64,000 nucleotides of DNA from Promethearchaeota archaeon. GTDB taxonomy: Archaea > Asgardarchaeota > Lokiarchaeia > Sigyniarchaeales > SOKP01. The translations under genes were made by a program, and so were the position numbers. Positions 48,715 to 57,561 of this stretch are shown here, one piece after another; within the stretch, counting starts at the first letter, position 1; the number at the start of each line of letters is the position of its first letter. Location: positions 9,986 to 73,985 of the forward strand of contig JAHPZJ010000020.1 of assembly GCA_019058245.1 (NCBI GenBank), in the 5' to 3' direction. A model generated the notes under the pieces. The model saw nothing but the letters and a program-made list of their open reading frames with translations, had not been told where the DNA came from and made no database searches.

Positions 48715-49794
48715 TTATATCACGTAAGATATTGCTGTCTTTAACGCTTTTTCAGCGTCTTTAATAACAGTTTCAATTATATCGGTAACACTCTCGATTT
48801 GGTTTATAATACCAATGCTCTGTCCTAATAACACAGAACCATTCTGCATATCACCTTCATAAGCTGCAAAAGCTGCAATTGAATCTTCTCTTAATTCTTC
48901 GGCAAGTTCTTCTTTTGATATTTCAGCCCTGTGATCATCTTTAATCTTTTCTTCAGCAATTTTTTCTTCTTTAGTCTTTACCAGTCCTTTCTTCATCGCA
49001 TATTTATTCTTCCAGAGTCTAATGGTCCCTAAAGCCCCTGTTCTTACAATAGTATCTTGAGCTTTTGCGGGGGGAACTACATTCTTATAATTTTCATGGA
49101 ATTCACTGTCTTTAGATGCTATAAATCTCGATCCCATAGCAACTCCTCCTGCACCAATAGATAAGGCGGCGGCAAGACCATAACCAGTGGCAAATCCACC
49201 ACACGCAATTTTTGGGATATCTGGATGTTTTTGCTGTACTTGCTGCAGCAATACCAAACCTCCAACTTTTTCATATGATTGGTGTCCCCCACCTTCAAAT
49301 CCAGTTACAACAAGCCCGTCACATCCCGCGGAAACACACTTATCTGCCAACCAGAGTGCCGGGGCAACATGGAAGTGCTTAATCTGTGAATTTTCCCTTA
49401 GTTTCTGGAAATCCTTATTTTGAGGCATTCTTGATGCTGAACCTGCACTAGTGAGCGCATAAAGACATTGCTCTCTCAATTTAGGATTTGCCATTATATG
49501 CTTTGCAGCTCCGGAAATCAACTCTTCACAATCTGGAGTGAGTCTTGAAGTCCTTATATTGAATCCAAAAATCCCCTCTGTATGTTCTACAACATAATCA
49601 AGATTTTTTTTTAATGCAACTAGGGCACTGTCTTCCCTTCCATCCATAGATTGGTTTGCGTGAGAAATCATCCCTAAACCACCCGCCTCTGCGACCGCTA
49701 CAGCCAATTCGGTTGTTCTAAAAGGCCCCATGGCAGCGTTTGCGATCGGGTGCTTAATTCCAAACATTTCGGTAATATTAGTTTTAAATGTCAA
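48715..49794 (-). CDS. Nitronate monooxygenase / FabK-like FMN oxidoreductase (NMO family), paralog B
   Basis: ITEMFGIKHPIANAAMG, GFEGGGH and ACGGFATGYGLAAALSIGAGGVAMGSRF are present. It is collinear with paralog A. Confidence 0.85.
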   Translation of the reverse strand: MTFKTNITEMFGIKHPIANAAMGPFRTTELAVAVAEAGGLGMISHANQSMDGREDSALVALKKNLDYVVEHTEGIFGFNIRTSRLTPDCEELISGAAKHIMANPKLREQCLYALTSAGSASRMPQNKDFQKLRENSQIKHFHVAPALWLADKCVSAGCDGLVVTGFEGGGHQSYEKVGGLVLLQQVQQKHPDIPKIACGGFATGYGLAAALSIGAGGVAMGSRFIASKDSEFHENYKNVVPPAKAQDTIVRTGALGTIRLWKNKYAMKKGLVKTKEEKIAEEKIKDDHRAEISKEELAEELREDSIAAFAAYEGDMQNGSVLLGQSIGIINQIESVTDIIETVIKDAEKALKTAISYVI

Positions 49795-50028
49795 AAAAGT
49801 TCACCTTTTATGATAATTGAATTAGAAACTAAATAAAACTTTCATCATTTGATGATAAACTATAATCTTTTATTCAAACCTTTTTAAATTATTTTCCTAT
49901 AGAATGAAATTAATCCAAATGTATTGAAATTTAAGAAAAATTGCCTTTCTTATATATTTTTCTGAAGTGCTATTCTAAATAGAAAAAATAAATAGAATAA
50001 AGCTCGGGATCTATTTTTAAAATCCTCA

Positions 50029-50631
50029 TTATTCAGCACTTTCTTCCCTATTCAATATTTGGAATTTTTTCACGCTATAATAGATCGGTTTACTTAATCT
50101 ATCAACCGTTGCAACTATTAAATCTTTACGTGAACCCATAGCAACTCTTGACACCTTATCTAAATCTCTTAATTCAATAGGATCCCCTTCAAATACAGGG
50201 AATATTAAAAATTTCGCTGAGTCTTTTTCAAAATCAGCCCCTCTTTTATATACTCGGAAATCTATACCATCTCCATAACCTGTCCGAACAATATATCCTC
50301 TTTTTCTTAAATCCATATAGATTATATATTTCTGCCATAACCTTTCATCGAATTTAGTAAAATATGTTAAAAGACTCTCAAAATCATATAATTTCTTATT
50401 TGAGTCATTATCTTCCCATAATAATATTCGATTCCTTTCACATAATAATAAAACTTCAACGGGATCAATGATTAAAACTTCATGATCATCATTCTTTTTT
50501 ACTTTCGTACCAATATAAGATGTTGAATAAAATTCCTCAAAACCTTTTTTATCTGTAATAACTACTTTATCCTTTTCGATTATTCCTTCTACTTGAATTT
50601 TCTCGACTTTTTCAGTTGAATCTTCTGTCAT
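50029..50631 (-). CDS. endA: tRNA-splicing (intron) endonuclease
   Basis: The N-terminal domain reads IDPVEVLLLCERNRILL. The catalytic domain reads YMDLRKRGYIVRTGYGDGIDFRVYKRG...FLIFPV. Confidence 0.75.
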   Translation of the reverse strand: MTEDSTEKVEKIQVEGIIEKDKVVITDKKGFEEFYSTSYIGTKVKKNDDHEVLIIDPVEVLLLCERNRILLWEDNDSNKKLYDFESLLTYFTKFDERLWQKYIIYMDLRKRGYIVRTGYGDGIDFRVYKRGADFEKDSAKFLIFPVFEGDPIELRDLDKVSRVAMGSRKDLIVATVDRLSKPIYYSVKKFQILNREESAE

Positions 50632-50768
50632 ATAACATTAAATATGAATTTATAATAATTAAAGAATTTATCCTTCAACTTTTCTCTCTTTTAAAATTGA
50701 AAGTATTAAAAAAAATCAAAATTAAATGACTGATTTGATAAACTATTTTATAGTAATTACTTACAAGT

Positions 50769-53006
50769 CTAATCTTTAATAAGCGGAAGTGAGAAATAAA
50801 ATGTACTTCCTTTATCTTTACCCTCAGATTCCATCCATATTTCTCCACCATGGGATTCTACTATTTTTTTTGAAATATATAGCCCTAGACCAGTACCATC
50901 AATTCCTAAATCAAATCCTTGCCCATACCGTTCAATTTTACCAAATTGTTTAAAAATTCTATCTTTTTCATCTTTTGTAAAACCTATTCCATTATCCTTT
51001 ATAGATATAATCACAAATTCCTCTGTTAAATCCGTTTTTATATCAATCCAGCCGCGTGGAGGCGTATATTTTATAGCATTTGACAATAGATTTGAGAGAA
51101 CCTCATGAATTTCTTCCTTTTCAAATCGAGTTATTATGGATTCATGAATTTCTAAATTAATTGAATGTTCACGTTTAACTGCCAAAGGATGCAATTCATT
51201 TGCGCAGTAATTAATCAAAAACGATAAATTTTCTTTTTCAAGTCTAGGTTTTAAATCAGGGGATTCTAATCTAGAAGTGTATAGAAGATCATTGATTATT
51301 TTTTGTAATCTTGCACATCCTTTATCAATTTCCTCTAAATTAGAAATTATCTCAGGCTTTAACTCTTCTGAATGCATAGTTAAAATAAGATCAGTAAAAC
51401 CTTTGATCGAAACGAGTGGCGTTTTTAATTCATGAGACGCTCTACTTAAAAATTCAGATTTAATTCTGTTTATTTCTTTTAATTTTTTTTCCAACTTTTT
51501 ACTTTCAGTTATATCTCTTACAATTGCCCATATTCTATATGGATCGCCCTGCTCATCAAGTAAAATCCAGAATCTGATACTAACTGGTAAGATATCACCA
51601 TTCTTAAGTATAAATTCTTTTTCATAAACTTTGCTTTCACCTTCAGAAAAATGAGTAAATAACATATTATCTTCATGTTCATACCATTTTGGAGGAGTAA
51701 TCTGACGATTATGAAGATCTAAAACCTCTTCTCTTGAGTATCCGATCATTTTAAGAAATGCTTCATTAACCTCAATAAAACGACCTTCCATATCTGTAGA
51801 ATAAATTCCATCTGTACTTGATTCAAATAAAGTTCTATATTTGTTTTCTGATTCTTTCAGTTTCTGTTCTGCAATCTTTTTACTTGTAATATCATTAATA
51901 TAGGCAAAAGAACCTTTATAATTTTGATTTTCGTCTAAAATAGGAGACGCTTTTATTTCAGTATAGATGATATCCCCATTCTTTTTTAAAAATTGGAAAT
52001 CATAAGTTTCTTTAATACCATTTTCTCGTTTTGATCGGTTTCCTTCTATCAATGGTTCCATTGACTCAGGAATGAAAGAAGGAAGATTTTTACCAATCAT
52101 CTCATCTTTAGTATAACCCAGCATTTCACATATTCTTTGATTTACAAATATGGTAATCTCATTTTCATCTAAAGCCCAAACACCCTCTTGTGCATCTTCA
52201 ATTAAACTTCTATATTTCTCTTCTGATTTTCTTAATTTTTGCTCAGTTTCTTTACGTTTAGTAATATCTCTTGAAATTAAGATTGCCCCTCGTGATTCAT
52301 TTTTATCCAATAAGAATTTTCCTTTAAGCTCAATCCATAAATAATGTCCATTCTTGTGTCTCACTCTAAATTCTTCTGACAACTCTCCCTTTAATAATCC
52401 TTTTTTCGTGGATGTAGAAACCTTCTTAAGATCATCTGGATGAGTAAAATCTCTTGGTTTTTTTCCAAGAATTTCCTCCTTTCTGTATCCTAATAAAGAA
52501 TAATAAGCTTTTTCATTGACATAAATATGTTTAAAATCTTGGTCTAATATAGAAATTAGATCATTACTGTTATTCGCAATTAAATTGAATTTTTTTTCAG
52601 TTTCTCTTAAATTTTGTTCTAATTTGTGTTTTTCTGTAACATCAGTAACGGTTCCCTCTATAAGGATCCTATCATTATCTTCTTCTTTAATTAGATGAGA
52701 ATTAATTTGAATATAAATTGGTTCACCCTTTGGAGTTCTTATTTTCGCAACAAAATCTTTAACATATCCATTTTTTGATAATTCATCATGGTAGCATTTT
52801 TGGACTTCAGGATCAGAAAAAAATTGTGATGAATGAGATCCTGTCAGATCTATTAGAGGATCTATCCCTAAAATCTTATTAATTGCTGTATTATGAATCA
52901 GTAACTTCCCCTTAAACAATCCTTTAAAATAACCAATATCTAAATTATTTATTATTTCTTGAAATTTATCTTTAGAAATTACCTCTTCTTCATTATTTAT
53001 ATACAA
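50769..53006 (-). CDS. Multi-PAS sensor histidine kinase
   Basis: About 4 PAS/PAC modules are present (recurrent RDITERK/KRK-type linkers). The HisKA H-box reads SHELKTPL, and the HATPase N and G boxes read LSNAIKYT and DNGIGF...GTGLGLYISKKIVESHGG. Confidence 0.9.
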   Translation of the reverse strand: MYINNEEEVISKDKFQEIINNLDIGYFKGLFKGKLLIHNTAINKILGIDPLIDLTGSHSSQFFSDPEVQKCYHDELSKNGYVKDFVAKIRTPKGEPIYIQINSHLIKEEDNDRILIEGTVTDVTEKHKLEQNLRETEKKFNLIANNSNDLISILDQDFKHIYVNEKAYYSLLGYRKEEILGKKPRDFTHPDDLKKVSTSTKKGLLKGELSEEFRVRHKNGHYLWIELKGKFLLDKNESRGAILISRDITKRKETEQKLRKSEEKYRSLIEDAQEGVWALDENEITIFVNQRICEMLGYTKDEMIGKNLPSFIPESMEPLIEGNRSKRENGIKETYDFQFLKKNGDIIYTEIKASPILDENQNYKGSFAYINDITSKKIAEQKLKESENKYRTLFESSTDGIYSTDMEGRFIEVNEAFLKMIGYSREEVLDLHNRQITPPKWYEHEDNMLFTHFSEGESKVYEKEFILKNGDILPVSIRFWILLDEQGDPYRIWAIVRDITESKKLEKKLKEINRIKSEFLSRASHELKTPLVSIKGFTDLILTMHSEELKPEIISNLEEIDKGCARLQKIINDLLYTSRLESPDLKPRLEKENLSFLINYCANELHPLAVKREHSINLEIHESIITRFEKEEIHEVLSNLLSNAIKYTPPRGWIDIKTDLTEEFVIISIKDNGIGFTKDEKDRIFKQFGKIERYGQGFDLGIDGTGLGLYISKKIVESHGGEIWMESEGKDKGSTFYFSLPLIKD

Positions 53007-53152
53007 ATGTCCTCCTCATCCTTAATGTAAGATATCCTTTTATCAATTGGAATTTATTACTTTTCAATTAATAATAGAGTATTATATTTTAAAGTTTTTC
53101 AATTTACCAAATTTTACAATGAGATTATAAAATACCAAATATTTATGTTGTT

Positions 53153-53722
53153 ATGAAAGAGATGCTTGAGAGACTTTTAATTAAATTAAATGGTGCTACG
53201 AAGGTTGTCTTTATGGGGATTGGTGAAGAAAAGCTTAGAGATGACGCAGTAGGCATACACATAATAAGTGAGCTCTTACCATATTCTAATGAAAAATGTT
53301 TATTTATTAATGCTGGAATTGATCCGATGAGCAGAATTGAAGATGTCATAGATTTTCAAGTATCACATCTTGTTCTTATAGATACATGCACTTTAAATCA
53401 ACCCCCTGGATCAGTTGCTATAATCGAACGAGAAAATATTCAAGAATTGGTGCCAATATCTTCCCATACAATACCTATTCATATTGTTATCGACTTATTG
53501 CTTGAAAAATTTCCTGATCTAAAAGTTTTTATGATAGGAATTGTACCAGAAAGTCTTGAAGGATTTACAGAATTAAGTCTCTATAAAGAACATGAATATT
53601 CCCTTGAGGAGAGAAGTGAAAATGAAGATCTTCCTTTTTTTAAATTAAATCTTACACCAACTATTCAAAAAGTAGCTGATCAACTCATAATTCTCATTAA
53701 AAAGATTATCAAGAAAATATAG
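53153..53722 (+). CDS. Hydrogenase maturation endopeptidase (HycI/HyaD/FrhD-like)
   Basis: VVFMGIGEEKLRDDAVGIHI corresponds to the GxGNxxxxDDGxG pattern. The downstream SSHTIPIHIVIDLL has the conserved His. Confidence 0.65.
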   Translation: MKEMLERLLIKLNGATKVVFMGIGEEKLRDDAVGIHIISELLPYSNEKCLFINAGIDPMSRIEDVIDFQVSHLVLIDTCTLNQPPGSVAIIERENIQELVPISSHTIPIHIVIDLLLEKFPDLKVFMIGIVPESLEGFTELSLYKEHEYSLEERSENEDLPFFKLNLTPTIQKVADQLIILIKKIIKKI

Positions 53723-53726
53723 TAAA

Positions 53727-53927
53727 TTATTCTTTGTTCTCTGAGATATTTGTAATAAAATCAATTATTAATTCAATAGTTCTTTTGATATTTTCTTGGT
53801 CTTTAGGTTTTAAATCGATTTTAAGGTTTTCTAAAAATGCAATGACTTTCTCTGCTTCTTTAAGCTTTCTTAAATAATCAGATCCTTCCTTATTCAAGGA
53901 ACCCCCCCATGCCATTAACATCACCAT
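53727..53927 (-). CDS. Hypothetical small helical protein (66 aa)
   Basis: The call rests on the ORF alone. Confidence 0.3.
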   Translation of the reverse strand: MVMLMAWGGSLNKEGSDYLRKLKEAEKVIAFLENLKIDLKPKDQENIKRTIELIIDFITNISENKE

Positions 53928-54180
53928 TATTATTTATAAATAATTATGATAATGCATACGTATAATTCTATTTAAAACTCATAGTTATCTCTAACATTGA
54001 AAATAAAAATACTCATCTTATGGTTTAGCAAATAATATGCATTTATATATTAGATATGTTCATTAATTAGCAAGGAACTTAGATATATAGACTTGATAAA
54101 TTATTAAATAAAAGTTTAAAAACAAATTCTTCTATTTTTTAGATGAAAATTCTGGACAAGAATATAGTACCCTAATTAAA

Positions 54181-54603
54181 ATGATACAAGAGTTAATGAT
54201 TATTAATCAAGCCGGTCTAGCTTTATTTTATCATAATTTCATTGATAATGAAATGATTGAAGGTGATCAATCCTTAGCAGGCTATTTTGATATGATTTGT
54301 CGATTTACAAAACAAAGTTTTAAAGAAAGTTTGAAAATCTTAGAATTAGACAGTTTTATTTTTTTCTTTTATACTCATAAATCAAATTATCATTTAGTAC
54401 TTAAATGTGAGAATAAATTATTTGATAAAGAATTATTCGAATCTATTTCTGAGAAGATTATTGAGGAATTTATAAAAGAATATAAAGCAATACTACAGGA
54501 TTTTAATGGTGAAATTTCTCATTTTAAACCTTTTTCTAATCAAGTCATTAAAATCCTCAGAAGTCAATATAAAGGTTTTAGGAATGTCCTTTTTGCTGAA
54601 TAA
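54181..54603 (+). CDS. Longin-like (SNARE-like/sigma-adaptin-like fold) small protein
   Basis: MIQELMIINQAGLALFYHNF resembles the first strands of longin, sedlin and sigma-adaptin folds. The following helix reads LAGYFDMICRFTKQSF. It aligns with the ORF at 20495. Confidence 0.55.
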   Translation: MIQELMIINQAGLALFYHNFIDNEMIEGDQSLAGYFDMICRFTKQSFKESLKILELDSFIFFFYTHKSNYHLVLKCENKLFDKELFESISEKIIEEFIKEYKAILQDFNGEISHFKPFSNQVIKILRSQYKGFRNVLFAE

Positions 54604-54787
54604 TCATATTTAAAACCTTTTGTATATACTCCTTTAAATATCACTGATAAATAAATTCAAAAAAAAAACTTTAAAAAAAATCTGGTAATAAAATTTGAGA
54701 ATTTATTAACAGAATGAAATGAAAAGCTATGTTATTTGAAAAGAAAAATTAAAAAAGAAAAGAGAATAAAAAATAACATCAGTTATC

Positions 54788-55420
54788 ATGAGGATCAAAC
54801 CAACAGTCAAAATAGACCCAGATGATGTAGTACGGTATTTATTGTATCAACAGTTCTATTATGGGGATGATCGTATTTATGGACGTACTAAAGATCGATC
54901 TGAGCATATTAAGGGGGCTGGCAAAGCAATAGAAAATTTTTATTCGTTAATTACTGAAATGATAAATTTAATCGATAAGGGAAAAATTCGCCAATATCTG
55001 GAATTTTTTAATGAAAATATTCATAACGTCCCTATTGATGCCATTTTGAATAAATATAGAGAGTATAAAGATGCAATGGGGTCGGAACTTGACCATAAAA
55101 TTACTTTAAATGTGATTATTGGTGATTGTTTAAGTGAAATTCAAACAAAAAGTTTTAACGCTACTATTACGAGTTTAATCGAATTCATTATGGAAAAGAA
55201 ATCCCTAAAGCCCGAAAAAAAATTAGAAGTAAAAAAAAAGATTGAATCATTGTATGGAAAAAGCGATCCTAATATTGGAATGATTTATAGCTTAAGTTTT
55301 ATGGAATTCATAAGTAAAAAGATTCATGATAAATATATCAAAGAAAAATGTGAAAAATTATTAAAAAAATATTCTAAGCAAGTTCTAAAGGCAATAGAAA
55401 AAATTAAGTTTTTAGATTAA
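54788..55420 (+). CDS. Hypothetical helical protein (210 aa)
   Basis: The call rests on the ORF alone. No motif was recognised. Confidence 0.45.
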   Translation: MRIKPTVKIDPDDVVRYLLYQQFYYGDDRIYGRTKDRSEHIKGAGKAIENFYSLITEMINLIDKGKIRQYLEFFNENIHNVPIDAILNKYREYKDAMGSELDHKITLNVIIGDCLSEIQTKSFNATITSLIEFIMEKKSLKPEKKLEVKKKIESLYGKSDPNIGMIYSLSFMEFISKKIHDKYIKEKCEKLLKKYSKQVLKAIEKIKFLD

Positions 55421-55480
55421 TATTTATCAACCAATTTTAATGACTAAACTAATATTTAAGCAAAAAAAAATATTAAAAAA

Positions 55481-55513
55481 AAAGAGAAAAGAGAAGCCGG
55501 CTTTTTTCTCTTT
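55481..55513. terminator. Weak hairpin plus T-rich tract between convergent genes
   Basis: GAGAAG-CCGG-CTTTTTTCTC can form a ~7-bp stem (with G-U pairs), followed by a T run at 55502-55507. Confidence 0.3.
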
Positions 55514-55551
55514 AAACCCCGTGATAAATACGTTTCTCATTAATATTTTAC

Positions 55552-55806
55552 TTAAAATCCACCTGCTTGTGTGGCCATTACTGTGATCACATCTTTTTTT
55601 GGATGGATTCCTATCTTTGCAAACTTTAATTGATCAGGCAATACTTTACCTTTAAAAATGAATTGTATTGCGAGGATTGGATTTAATTTATATTCACGTT
55701 GTACAGTTTTTTTGATCTCTGCGATTGAATTATTAGGATCAAGCTCAATAAGTTTAATTGCTTGATCTGGAGGGACTCCGGTCAGTCTAAATCTATATTG
55801 GGTAAT
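55552..55806 (-). CDS. Ubiquitin-like beta-grasp protein ending in GG-F (not in the ORF track); the start codon is non-canonical or frameshifted
   Basis: My hand translation of the minus strand gives (I/M)TQYRFRLTGVPPDQAIKLIELDPNNSIAEIKKTVQREYKLNPILAIQFIFKGKVLPDQLKFAKIGIHPKKDVITVMATQAGGF-stop. IFKGKVL...GG parallels ubiquitin LIFAGKQL...LRGG. An in-frame TAA lies at 55812-55810, and there is no ATG/GTG/TTG before residue ~57. Confidence 0.65.
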   Translation of the reverse strand: MTQYRFRLTGVPPDQAIKLIELDPNNSIAEIKKTVQREYKLNPILAIQFIFKGKVLPDQLKFAKIGIHPKKDVITVMATQAGGF

Positions 55807-55963
55807 TTTTTATCACACACTTTTTATTATTTATTCAATTAAATTGGTTAGATATAAATTATCAAGATGCAATATTAAGGATTTTTGTTCAACATCCCGA
55901 ACTTTAGTTTAAATATTGAGTAATTCTCTCTTTTTCAACTCTAAACAATTTTTTGAAGTTTTT

Positions 55964-56161
55964 TTAGAATCGAAATGGCTCTGGAGGGGGACCTGGTCTA
56001 TCAGGTGGGCCTGGAGGGTGAATTGGTCCGGGTTTAGGTAATGGTGGAGAAGGAAACCTCCCTATTTTGTGTTCTAAACCTAAAATTCGTTGTTCTATTT
56101 TATCCAACCTTTCTTCAATAACCCTTAACCTCTTTAATATGTTGGGGTCTTCTATTGTCAT
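55964..56161 (-). CDS. Small protein: N-terminal coiled coil plus proline-rich C-terminus
   Basis: The sequence is MTIEDPNILKRLRVIEERLDKIEQRILGLEHKIGRFPSPPLPKPGPIHPPGPPDRPGPPPEPFRF. The coding segment is locally GC-rich within an AT-rich genome. Confidence 0.5.
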   Translation of the reverse strand: MTIEDPNILKRLRVIEERLDKIEQRILGLEHKIGRFPSPPLPKPGPIHPPGPPDRPGPPPEPFRF

Positions 56162-56353
56162 TTTATCACAATAAATTTATTGATTTTTTAATAATTTCCC
56201 AATTTCTAACATTGATTTCCTAATTTTTATAATTTTACTTATAGCTAGAACGTAAATATACTAAATTTATATATATTTGTTTTTCTGTCTTATTTTAGTC
56301 TAAGTCCAGAAAAAAAGTATAATCTTATATATTATTGAATATATAATAGAATT

Positions 56354-57466
56354 ATGGAATCGTGGAATATATCCAAAAAATTAAAGACTGAATTATTAAA
56401 AAAATCTAGTAATATTGAAGATAATAGTAGGAGAATATTATTTATTCTTAGAAATTTAGGACCTCAAAGATTTACTAATATAGTTAAATATTCAAATTTA
56501 AGCAGATCTACTGTTTCTAAATACCTTAATCTTCATAGAAGAAACAAAAATATAGAACAAAGATTAGTAACTGATAAAGTAACAAATAAACAGTATAGAA
56601 GTTATGTTATTACAGATAAAGGAATTGAAAAACTTGGAGAAGCTCCTTTAAAACTTAAAGACGAAATATTTTTTGTTAATGAATTAAAAGAAAATGTTAG
56701 GAAACTTGAAGATCTAATAGATTTTTATAAGGAAATAAATGTTGAAGACAAATTTATAATTCATATTGTAAGGATTATCTCCAAAATAGGAGATAATTTT
56801 TTTGAATTACACCAAGATCGAGATCTTTATTTATCTCTCTTTTACATATTTTATAACTCTATTCTTGGTCAGGGTGCCTTTGCAAAAATTTACTGGCACT
56901 TTGATAAATCTAGTTCACAAAAGTTTGAAGGCTATAAATTAAACTTAGATCAATATTGTGAAGTTTATAATGTTTCAAGAGAAGCAATTAACTATTTAGC
57001 AAGGTCTAAATTGATAAAAAGTGATTATGGTTTTTATTTAATTAAACGTGAAATGAATGATTTCTTTTTCCATGAAGAAGATTTAATAGGGACTACAACT
57101 CTTAGGCTCATTAAAGATAAGTTAATTGACGAAATTATTAATCTTCAAGAAGGCATTTATGATATGATATATGATCTTGACATTATGGCGGAAGATATTG
57201 TTAATCAACTAAAGGAAATGGGTTTAATATGGGATGCTATTCAAGAACATTTTCAATTATTAGTATTAAATTTAATAATTAAGAATACCATAGAGATGGG
57301 ATTTTTAGATATAGAACGAGAAAAATTAATTGAAGGAGTAGCGCAATCTAAAAAATTACTGCAATCAGAAGAAGGAAGACTGATACAAACAACGATTTTA
57401 GAAAGTTCTAACGTTAATTTGAATTATAATATGCTTACATTAGTCCATATTGAGAATAGAATTTAA
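56354..57466 (+). CDS. Winged-helix (ArsR-like) N-terminal domain protein with a large uncharacterised C-terminal domain
   Basis: RILFILRNLGPQRFTNIVKYSNLSRSTVSKYLNLH is present. Confidence 0.5.
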   Translation: MESWNISKKLKTELLKKSSNIEDNSRRILFILRNLGPQRFTNIVKYSNLSRSTVSKYLNLHRRNKNIEQRLVTDKVTNKQYRSYVITDKGIEKLGEAPLKLKDEIFFVNELKENVRKLEDLIDFYKEINVEDKFIIHIVRIISKIGDNFFELHQDRDLYLSLFYIFYNSILGQGAFAKIYWHFDKSSSQKFEGYKLNLDQYCEVYNVSREAINYLARSKLIKSDYGFYLIKREMNDFFFHEEDLIGTTTLRLIKDKLIDEIINLQEGIYDMIYDLDIMAEDIVNQLKEMGLIWDAIQEHFQLLVLNLIIKNTIEMGFLDIEREKLIEGVAQSKKLLQSEEGRLIQTTILESSNVNLNYNMLTLVHIENRI

Positions 57467-57561
57467 TATTATTTTCAAAAATTTTAAAACCATAGGGGTT
57501 CCTATATTGAAAAGCAAATTTTTCTTCAAACTTGGTAATATAATCCAGATCAATTTGATAC

